A stretch of 47,740 bases of DNA, from positions 1 to 47,740 of the forward strand of contig CASFYE010000044.1 of NCBI GenBank assembly GCA_949298925.1. The letters run 5' to 3'. This document shows, one piece after another, positions 1 through 7,006 of the stretch. Each line of letters starts with the position of its first letter. The first letter of the stretch is position 1. The translations under genes were made by a program, and so were the position numbers. Below the pieces are notes generated by a model. It was not told where the DNA came from. It was given only the letters and a program-made list of their open reading frames with translations, and did no database searches. This stretch comes from an uncultured Bacillota bacterium (lineage in GTDB: Bacteria > Bacillota > Clostridia > Christensenellales > UBA1242).

Positions 1-83
1 ATGCTCAATTAACATTTAATAATTTAAAGATTAATATAAACAAATTAAAAAATATAGAAAAAAATAATAAATTAATCAATGAA

Positions 84-527
84 ATGTTAAATTCAAAAAC
101 AAAAAAAGAGTTTTTGTCTTTTGCAAAAGAGTTGAGTGAGGATTGTGAATTTTATCAATTTAAAGATGAATTAAAGATAAAAAATGAAGAAGAAAAAATA
201 CTATATATTTTTGGATTAAAAAAAACAAAATTGGATTTTGAAATGCAAAAATATTTTGGTTCTCAATATTTTTTCTTTCATGATGATAAATATTTTTTTC
301 TCTATAATTTAATGGCTTATATAATAGATGAAAAAAATATATTTGAAAGTAAAATTATTCCTTATAAATTAATTATTAAAGAAGATAATGATAAAAATAA
401 AGAAAAAAGCGATGTTTTTGAGTTAATTATTCAAGAATTAAATATTGATATAAAAATTCAAGTTCCCCAAAATGACGTAAAAAAATATTTAAAAAAAACA
501 ATAAAACAAAATGAAAAAACATTATGA
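84..527 (+). CDS. hypothetical Lys/Asn/Phe-rich protein (147 aa), no recognisable domain
   Basis: From the ORF track only. It lies in the extremely AT-rich left edge (hand count about 12-15% GC in the first 120 nt), so a composition-driven ORF cannot be excluded. Confidence 0.3.
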   Translation: MLNSKTKKEFLSFAKELSEDCEFYQFKDELKIKNEEEKILYIFGLKKTKLDFEMQKYFGSQYFFFHDDKYFFLYNLMAYIIDEKNIFESKIIPYKLIIKEDNDKNKEKSDVFELIIQELNIDIKIQVPQNDVKKYLKKTIKQNEKTL

Positions 528-556
528 TATAACTATAAATCAGTATGTTTCAATAT

Positions 557-594
557 GAAAAAAAAGATAACAATTAATGCTATCTTTTTTTTTT
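557..594. terminator. bidirectional intrinsic terminator between convergent ORFs
   Basis: The stem AAAAAGATA (561-569) pairs with TATCTTTTT (581-589) around an 11-nt loop. An A-run lies on the left and a T-run on the right. Confidence 0.5.
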
Positions 595-613
595 AAATTT
601 TAAAACAAAAATA

Positions 614-838
614 TTAATCTATCCAAAGGACGCGATTGTAAACAAGCAGAGTAATTATGTCAACTAGCCATAAAAAAGGAATGCCAAATATTAGCAGGAC
701 ACAAGCAAGAACGATACCCAAATAGTTGTTTTTTTTAATACTTTTGCAAAGTCTGTAAACAACCCATAAAATATTAAGCAAAGGTAGAGATAAGATTACT
801 TTCGCCCATAAAGGCAAGTTGTCAAAAGTTTTAACCAT
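614..838 (-). CDS. small integral membrane protein (74 aa, two hydrophobic helices)
   Basis: The ORF has two clear hydrophobic segments (LPLWAKVILSLPLLNILWVV and LGIVLACVLLIFGIPFLWLVDIITLLV). GGAGG lies upstream of the ATG (revcomp of cctcc at 844-848). Confidence 0.5.
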   Translation of the reverse strand: MVKTFDNLPLWAKVILSLPLLNILWVVYRLCKSIKKNNYLGIVLACVLLIFGIPFLWLVDIITLLVYNRVLWID

Positions 839-956
839 GATTAACCTCCTAAAATCAATTAATTATATGAAAAGATTAGGCAGATTATGATTAAAAACAC
901 ATAAAAAACGTCAATTTGCAAAACTTAGTTAAAAAGAAGATTGCAGGTAAGAAAAA

Positions 957-1514
957 ATGAAAAAATTGATAAATTTGTTTAAAAATAAAACAAAGTTTGC
1001 AAAAAAAGAAACAAAAAAGAAAAAAAATAACAAATCTAGCATTGTCGTAGAGGTTGGAGACAAAAGTGAAGTCATAACTCCTTATTTAGTTGACGGGAAA
1101 TCATCAATAAACTTAGAATTTGCAAATTTGTTAAACAATATTGGTAAAACTATAAAGCCTAAGCAAAATTTTACTTTCAACATAAAGGCAAACAAGTGGA
1201 AAGATGAGGATAAATTTGATGTGGCTTCGGCAATAAAAAATTATTATCATAACTCACTCGTTCAAATGGACAGAAAGTTAAAATACAATTTAAAATTGTT
1301 TTGGATAATGGTTTTTCTATCACTATTATCAGTCAGCATTCTCTTTATAGCTGATTATTTTGGTGCTCCTTTTATTTTAAAAGAGGTAATAGACATAGTT
1401 GTTTGGGGCTTTGTTTGGGAGTCTGTTGACTTGGCGACTTTTCAAAGAAGTTTTTATCAACATGAATACGATTTTAATAAAGCCGTTTATAACACAAAAA
1501 TTATTTTTGAGTAA
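957..1514 (+). CDS. hypothetical membrane protein (185 aa) with a Lys-rich N-terminus and two C-terminal TM helices
   Basis: From the ORF track. Hydrophobic segments are LFWIMVFLSLLSVSILFIADYF and VIDIVVWGFVW. I recognise no family. Confidence 0.5.
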   Translation: MKKLINLFKNKTKFAKKETKKKKNNKSSIVVEVGDKSEVITPYLVDGKSSINLEFANLLNNIGKTIKPKQNFTFNIKANKWKDEDKFDVASAIKNYYHNSLVQMDRKLKYNLKLFWIMVFLSLLSVSILFIADYFGAPFILKEVIDIVVWGFVWESVDLATFQRSFYQHEYDFNKAVYNTKIIFE

Positions 1515-1541
1515 GGTGGACTTATTTTTTCAATTTAATTG

Positions 1542-1570
1542 TTGACATACTTTAACATATGTTGTAAAAT
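1542..1570 (+). promoter_or_regulatory. sigma-A type promoter (TTGACA-17-TAAAAT)
   Basis: TTGACA sits at 1542-1547, followed by a 17-nt spacer and TAAAAT at 1565-1570. This is about 17 nt upstream of the ATG at 1587. Confidence 0.6.
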
Positions 1571-1586
1571 TAAACGGAGGGAAGAA

Positions 1587-1799
1587 ATGACAGAAGAAAA
1601 AATTAAGAAAGGTATTTACAGAGTCGTGTATGATTCTGAAAACCGAAAATGGTTGATTAAAAAAGACGGAGCGCAAAGAATTATTGACAGCAAAGCCACA
1701 AAAGACGAGGCGCTAAATAGAGTAAAGTCGCTCAGTGAGAAAAATGACGTTGGCTTTATTATTCATAAAAAAGACGGAAAATTTCAAAAAAAAAGATAA
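1587..1799 (+). CDS. DUF2188-like small protein (70 aa)
   Basis: The pattern YRVVYDSENRKWLIKKDGAQR...KDEALNRVKSL...IHKKDGKFQ matches the DUF2188 pattern (W.V...G......T..EA...A...A......IH..DG.I). The start was moved to the ATG at 1587, which follows the GGAGGG RBS (1576-1581). The ORF-track start at 1539 overlaps the promoter. Confidence 0.6.
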   Translation: MTEEKIKKGIYRVVYDSENRKWLIKKDGAQRIIDSKATKDEALNRVKSLSEKNDVGFIIHKKDGKFQKKR

Positions 1800-1945
1800 A
1801 ATTATTTATAAATTTAAAAATTTTTAATTATTTTTTAAAAAAATTGCATTTTTGCGATTTTTTTTGTTTATGTTAAAAATTGGAAAAAAAACTTTTTTTT
1901 TACCTTTGGAATAATATGAAAGTGACCGATAAGGAGAAAAATTAA

Positions 1946-2845
1946 ATGGCATTTATAAAAAGATTTTCCGAAATAAAAAAAGGGGGAAATTGTTTTTACA
2001 GGAAATACACTTGGTTTAAGCAAACTTAGCAATGCAAATAGAGCGGGGTTGCAGGGTTCAATAGGTGCTTTCACGTCGCTGAATACAAGTTTAAAAGTCA
2101 ATGATTTTCCTTCTGGTACCACGTTAGATTATACACAAAATGGATCTTCGTCCATATTGTTGTTGCCAGCAGGCAGTGAAGTCCTTTATGCAGAATTGGT
2201 GTGGGGTGGATTGTTTAGGTCTACAGCAAACAATATATCTTCACAACTTAACAACGCGGTTGTTTTTACTTCGCCACTGCAAACACAAACAATAAGTCCA
2301 GATTTGTCAACCGCGCAAACATACAACATTAATGTAAGCGGGATAACACTTGGATTTTATTCAAGAAGCCAAAACGTGACAAATATGGTTCGATCAGCCG
2401 GGGCGGGAACGTATTCGGTGCAGGGAGTTCCAGCGTTGATAGAAGCCCTAGACAATAGAACAAATGACACGAATCACGCTGGATGGACTCTTGCGGTTGT
2501 GTATTCTAATCAACTTGAAAACTTCCGAAGCTTAAACTTGTGGGTCGGAGGAGAGGTTGTTTCGCTTGCTGTTGGAGCTACAACTGTTGTTGAATTTGAC
2601 GTAACGGTTTTGTAATCATGCAAGTTATTAATAATATGTCTTATATCACTGACAGCGCAGGGGATCCTCCTATTAGATATAACAGTAATGAGGTTAGTAC
2701 TTTCGTTCGGCAGAACATTAAACCAATAGAACAAAAAGATCCACCAGCCAAATGTTTTACATTGCCATGGCAATGGAGATGCTGTAAAAAAAATAATGCA
2801 AGCTGTGTTTGTTGTTTGATTGCGATATTTTTTCGCTACTTGTAA
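1946..2845 (+). pseudogene. frameshifted and internally deleted surface-protein gene (N-terminal domain of the clostridial/Bacillus DUF11-associated family)
   Basis: An AAGGAG RBS (1931-1936) precedes the ATG at 1946, which opens MAFIKRFSEIKKGG and stops after 27 codons. Removing 1 nt from the A7G5 run (1975-1986) joins it to the 2049..2615 frame, giving MAFIKRFSEIKKGEIVFTGNTLGLSK...HAGWTLAVVYSN...LNLWVGG. That frame stops early at 2615. A third frame (2618..2845) carries a DUF11-repeat-like tail (SNEVSTFV). Confidence 0.45.
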
Positions 2846-2853
2846 AAATTAAC

Positions 2854-2876
2854 AGGTCCTATGAGGGACCTTTTTG
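2854..2876 (+). terminator. intrinsic terminator
   Basis: AGGTCC(T) at 2854-2860 pairs with (A)GGACCT at 2865-2871 and is followed by TTTTT. Confidence 0.6.
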
Positions 2877-2985
2877 TTAAAAAAGGAGTCGAAAATTGTT
2901 GCATGAGATGTTAAGGTAACAAAAAGTTTTACAAATGCTTGTTAAAAAATGCCAAATGGTTTAAAATTAACTATGGAGGAAGCTT

Positions 2986-5802
2986 ATGTCAGCACAAACC
3001 ATTGTTATTATTTTGGATATCTTATTTTTTGTTTTGCTAGGGGTCGGATTTTTAATAGGTTTTTGGCGTGGTGTTAAAAGGTCTGCGTTGAACATTGCGT
3101 TGACGATAGTATGCATAGTTGTAGCAGGCTTCTTAACTCCGGTTGTGACGAATGCAATTTTAAACATTTCCGTAGAAGAAGGCAGAACATTAAATCAATA
3201 TGTAATTGATTTGGTGATGGAAGAACCAAACATTGCTACACTTGTGAACAGTTCACCTAGCTTTGCTAAACTTTTTGAGGCGCTACCACAATTTGTCTTG
3301 TGCGCTGTCGTGTTTTTGATATTAAATTTGGCGGTTGGGCTTGTTGGTTATGTAATATATAAAATTATTTCAGCTATTGCGTTTAAAAGCAGAAAGAAAG
3401 AAAAAGAGCTTGGTTTAAAAAGAAATCGTTGGGTTGGTGGTGCCGTTGGCGTTTTAAAAACTTTCATTTTTATACTTGTCATTTTTATGCCTTTGACGAG
3501 CCTAGTAAAATTGGCTGATGAGAGCATAGACACTTTGCCTGTGGCACAAGCATCAGAAACCGTTGAAAGTGGAGATGGGCAAAACACGTTGGCAATTCCT
3601 AAGCAACTGACAGACGCGGTTTCAGGGATAAATTCTAGTTTTTTTGGTGTGCTAAATGGAGCTGTCGGGCTTGATGATTTTATTTTTGACGACATATCAA
3701 AATTTGAGGTAGTTGGCGAAAATGTTTATCTTAGAAAAGATTTGAAAACAGGAGTTGAAATTTACAATTCAATTTCAAGCATGGGTATTTCAGACATAAC
3801 CAAATTTTCACAATTAGATTGGAATGAAATGGACAAGATTTATGAAAAAACTACAAGTATGACGATTTACAATTCGATTGTGTTAAATTCGGTGGCAGAA
3901 CTCGTTGAAAATTATGAAAACATTTTTTCGATCTTTCCTGAGCTAGCTGAGTACTCGTCTGTTTTAAATGACGTGCGTGACGCGTTGAAATTAAGTGAAG
4001 ATAAAGCAAAATATTTTGGTGAAGACATTGACAAAATTTATTCAATCTTTTCAAGTCTTGCGAGAGAGGGTTTTATCGATGATTTATTAAGCGCGGGTGA
4101 TACTGAACAAGTTGTTTCATCTTTTGTAAGTCAACACCAACAGTTGACGTCGCAAATTTTAAAAGATTTTACGAATGTTAATATTGTCAAAGATGGCTTT
4201 TCGTCTGCAATTGAAATTGTTATATCAAAAATTGACGGGGGAGAATTCGACAATGTGTTGTCGCAAATTAACACGGACGTTAAAGATTGGGAAAAATTAG
4301 GGCAACAAATAAACAGCGTGTTAGTGAGTTTTAGCGAGCTTTCCGAAAATTTAAAAAATCAAGGAACGTCGATTGGCGAAGTCGTTGGTGATTTGACAGA
4401 AATCTTTGCTTTGAGCGATGTCAACATCGATAGCGTCTTTGAAAGCTTTGGCAAGCTTTTGGATTCGATAGACAATATGGAATTAGCTAAAACCACCGCA
4501 GGAGAAAAACTTCTGCCTCAGGTTTTAGAAACTGTTGGAGTTAAAGATGGAGACCTCTTGGACGTCAAAGAAGAGAATATAAAAACATATCAAGAATTTT
4601 TCAGTTTTATATCAGTGCCAATAAAAAAGATTGTTGAATTAGATGTTAATTCAGCGATTAAAGATGAAGTTGACTTAAATTCTATTTTAACAATTGTTGC
4701 AAATGCAATTTCAGTTGACGAAACTAGTGGGGAGAGAGTTTACTCGTCAACGCTTTCTGATATTATTTTGCCACTATATAAGATTGCCGGTGTGCACGAT
4801 TTAATTTTTAATGGATTGATAGATAAAAGTGCTTCGACTGGGGTGGTAGATTTGTCAATTTTAGAAGAGTCTGGTTATGAAGCCAACTTTGATTTGTGTT
4901 ATCAAAAGTGGAGTTACGACTTGCCTCTTATAAGCCAAGTTTTGTTTGAACTGAATGCTCGCGATTACAATGAAAATCAAACTATGTTGCAATATATTTT
5001 AAGTGGTGGCGACATCAATGAAGTTGTAAAATCACTTGATGACGAGGCGATAGATTTGATTGTTCCACCTATCATGCAGGCCAAGGCGCTTAAACCTCTT
5101 AGAGACAAATTGTCGCAGAGCATACTGGATAAAATAAAAGATGTCGTCGATGAGGGCACGACAGTTTCTTTAAATTTGAATAATGCAACTTACAATTCAA
5201 ACAGCCCCGAAGACCAATCGCAAGAGATTGCGGAGATCGTAAAAGCACTCGTGACAATTTTGAAGCAGGGAGATTTGACTTCGCTTAAAGACATGGACCA
5301 AACTTTGCTTGGAAATTTAATGGAAAAAATAAAAATCAATGCTTATCGTGAAGAAATATATGGCAAGACGGAAGAGGGTGTGTTTAGATCGGTGTTTGAC
5401 GCGTTGATAGGTCAAGCCGAACAAGAATTTGAGGTTTCATTTACGAACGTGTTTAACGTAAAAAAGATTTACGAAGTGGATTTCACCGAAGTGTTTACAC
5501 TCATTCAACTTGCAAGTGAAACCGAAAACGCGTTCGCTGAAGCTTTTAAGGACTTGGCGATATCTGGAAATACAACTGCTGGTGACAGCATTGACACAAT
5601 TGTTGAAGCGATCAAAGTCGAAAGCAATCAAGAACTCGCCGGTCAGATTTTGGAGATCACGTGCAAGTATGACATTCAAGTTGAAGTTGGTGAAGATGAC
5701 AAATTGATTATTCAAGGAAAACTTAATGAATTAGAGGGAAGTGTTGACCAAAGTTTGATTGAGGGCTTAAAGAAATTGTTTGGGGTTTCGACAAATGGCT
5801 GA
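2986..5802 (+). CDS. large membrane protein (938 aa): N-terminal CvpA-like (colicin V production) multi-TM domain fused to a ~750-aa acidic soluble region
   Basis: The N-terminus DILFFVLLGVGFLIGFWRGVKRSALNIALTIVCIVVAGFL resembles the CvpA family, and two further TM segments follow. The rest is Asp/Glu/Leu-rich with no domain I recognise. A GGAGGA RBS precedes the ATG. The stop overlaps the rsmH start. Confidence 0.6.
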   Translation: MSAQTIVIILDILFFVLLGVGFLIGFWRGVKRSALNIALTIVCIVVAGFLTPVVTNAILNISVEEGRTLNQYVIDLVMEEPNIATLVNSSPSFAKLFEALPQFVLCAVVFLILNLAVGLVGYVIYKIISAIAFKSRKKEKELGLKRNRWVGGAVGVLKTFIFILVIFMPLTSLVKLADESIDTLPVAQASETVESGDGQNTLAIPKQLTDAVSGINSSFFGVLNGAVGLDDFIFDDISKFEVVGENVYLRKDLKTGVEIYNSISSMGISDITKFSQLDWNEMDKIYEKTTSMTIYNSIVLNSVAELVENYENIFSIFPELAEYSSVLNDVRDALKLSEDKAKYFGEDIDKIYSIFSSLAREGFIDDLLSAGDTEQVVSSFVSQHQQLTSQILKDFTNVNIVKDGFSSAIEIVISKIDGGEFDNVLSQINTDVKDWEKLGQQINSVLVSFSELSENLKNQGTSIGEVVGDLTEIFALSDVNIDSVFESFGKLLDSIDNMELAKTTAGEKLLPQVLETVGVKDGDLLDVKEENIKTYQEFFSFISVPIKKIVELDVNSAIKDEVDLNSILTIVANAISVDETSGERVYSSTLSDIILPLYKIAGVHDLIFNGLIDKSASTGVVDLSILEESGYEANFDLCYQKWSYDLPLISQVLFELNARDYNENQTMLQYILSGGDINEVVKSLDDEAIDLIVPPIMQAKALKPLRDKLSQSILDKIKDVVDEGTTVSLNLNNATYNSNSPEDQSQEIAEIVKALVTILKQGDLTSLKDMDQTLLGNLMEKIKINAYREEIYGKTEEGVFRSVFDALIGQAEQEFEVSFTNVFNVKKIYEVDFTEVFTLIQLASETENAFAEAFKDLAISGNTTAGDSIDTIVEAIKVESNQELAGQILEITCKYDIQVEVGEDDKLIIQGKLNELEGSVDQSLIEGLKKLFGVSTNG

Positions 5803-6730
5803 GTTTTTACATATACCGGTGCTTTTAAATGAATCAATAGATATGCTGAGAATAAATCCAGGTGGCATTTACGTCGATGCGACTTGCGGTGGAGGAGGGC
5901 ACAGCATAAAGATAGCTGAAAGTCTGTCACAACGTGGCAGGCTTGTTTGCTTTGATCAAGATGAAGAAGCAATCAAAGCGAGCAAGGAAAGGTTGAAGAA
6001 ATTTGAAAACGTTTCGTTTGTCCACTCAAATTTTAAAGATTTAAAAACTGAACTCGCAAAGATAGGCATAACAAAAGTGGACGGTGTTTTGGCCGATCTT
6101 GGAGTTAGCAGTTATCAAATCGACACAGCAGAAAGGGGATTTTCGTTTTTGCATGACGGACCTCTTGATATGAGAATGGATAGACAGCAAGTGTTGAGCG
6201 CTTTCGACGTTGTAAACAATTACAGCGAAGAAAAATTAAAAAGAATTTTGTGGCAGTATGGCGAAGAAGCAAATGCGAGCAATATTGTCAAAGCAATAGT
6301 AAAGGCAAGAAAAATTAAACCTATTGAAACCACTTTTCAATTAAAGGGAATCGTTGAGTCCGCTTTCCCTAAAAAAGTCGTTTTTGGCAAGGGCGGAGTT
6401 ACAAAAAAAACTTTTCAGGCTGTTAGAATAGAGGTGAATGGTGAACTTGAAATTTTAAAATGTTCGGTTGAAAGCTTTGTTGATTTGTTAAAGCCCACAG
6501 GCCGTGTAGCTGTGATAACCTTTCACAGTTTGGAAGATAGAATAGTAAAAAATGTTTTTAAGGAAAAATCGACAGATTGCATTTGCCCTCCTAAAACACC
6601 CGTGTGCATTTGTGGACATAAGGCGGAGGGAAAACTTGTGAACAAAAAACCAATTGTTCCAACAGCGCAAGAAATTGCAACAAATGAACGGAGCAGGTCT
6701 GCAAAACTGAGAGGTTTTGAAAAGTTTTAG
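5795..6730 (+). CDS. rsmH: 16S rRNA (cytosine1402-N4)-methyltransferase RsmH/MraW
   Basis: HIPVLLNESIDML..., the SAM motif DATCGGGGHS, ADLGVSSYQID, PLDMRMD and a C-terminal CICPP..CICG motif are all present. The start was set to the ATG at 5795 (MAEFLHIPVL), which overlaps the upstream TGA (ATGGCTGA). Confidence 0.92.
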   Translation: MAEFLHIPVLLNESIDMLRINPGGIYVDATCGGGGHSIKIAESLSQRGRLVCFDQDEEAIKASKERLKKFENVSFVHSNFKDLKTELAKIGITKVDGVLADLGVSSYQIDTAERGFSFLHDGPLDMRMDRQQVLSAFDVVNNYSEEKLKRILWQYGEEANASNIVKAIVKARKIKPIETTFQLKGIVESAFPKKVVFGKGGVTKKTFQAVRIEVNGELEILKCSVESFVDLLKPTGRVAVITFHSLEDRIVKNVFKEKSTDCICPPKTPVCICGHKAEGKLVNKKPIVPTAQEIATNERSRSAKLRGFEKF

Positions 6731-6804
6731 CGTCGAAAAAGTGACAACAATTGAGTTTTTAAAAATGTCGAAAAATGTCTATTGACCAAGTTTTAAAAAA
6801 AGTG

Positions 6805-6833
6805 TTGAAAAATGCAAAAAAATGTGCTAAAAT
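6805..6833 (+). promoter_or_regulatory. near-consensus extended -10 promoter (TTGAAA-17-TGcTAAAAT)
   Basis: TTGAAA is at 6805-6810, followed by a 17-nt spacer ending in TGC, then TAAAAT at 6828-6833. The predicted +1 falls at about 6840-6842, which is the first base of the structured element at 6841. Confidence 0.6.
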
Positions 6834-6840
6834 AAAAATG

Positions 6841-6919
6841 GCCGAAGCCACTTTCACTGCCGTGAAAGTTGCAAAAACCCTTGCGGGTTTTTGCCCTCGC
6901 AAACGCGAGAGGCTTCGGT
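6841..6919 (+). ncRNA. structured element E1: 79-nt four-way junction (closing stem plus three hairpins), unknown family
   Basis: Hand-folded.
- P1: 6841-6849 pairs with 6911-6919 (8 WC pairs plus a terminal G-U).
- H1: 6850-6857/6862-6869, 8 bp, loop TGCC.
- H2: 6871-6880/6885-6894, 10 bp, loop TTGC.
- H3: 6896-6900/6905-6909, 5 bp, loop AAAC.
The junction linkers are 0-1 nt. Confidence 0.45.
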
Positions 6920-7006
6920 CCATTGACTGCGATCGATTTTGGTCGCAACAAAAAATTTAGGCAAAACGCAAGTAGAAAAAATAAAAATTAATAGGCGGAG
7001 GGAAAT

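Noticed and set aside
2049-2845. The ORFs 2049..2615 and 2618..2845 as two independent intact genes
   Set aside because: The first begins with a TTG that lies inside a continuous, family-like peptide extending upstream to the homopolymer. The real RBS and ATG are at 1946 in another frame. The second has no RBS and looks like a repeat-domain tail. Together they are best explained as one degraded gene.
6841-6919. E1/E2/E3 as tRNAs, tRNA-like elements or known four-way-junction riboswitches
   Set aside because: The arms are 5-11 bp with 3-5 nt loops, and there are no D/T-loop consensus sequences. There are no internal loops or conserved junction nucleotides such as those of SAM-I, yybP-ykoY or NiCo. 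The hammerhead and twister cores are absent. They therefore remain unclassified rather than assigned.
6775-6960. A 61-aa ORF between rsmH and the lipoprotein gene
   Set aside because: It spans the TTGAAA-17-TAAAAT promoter and the whole of the E1 four-way junction. It has no RBS. Its codons are dictated by the stems.
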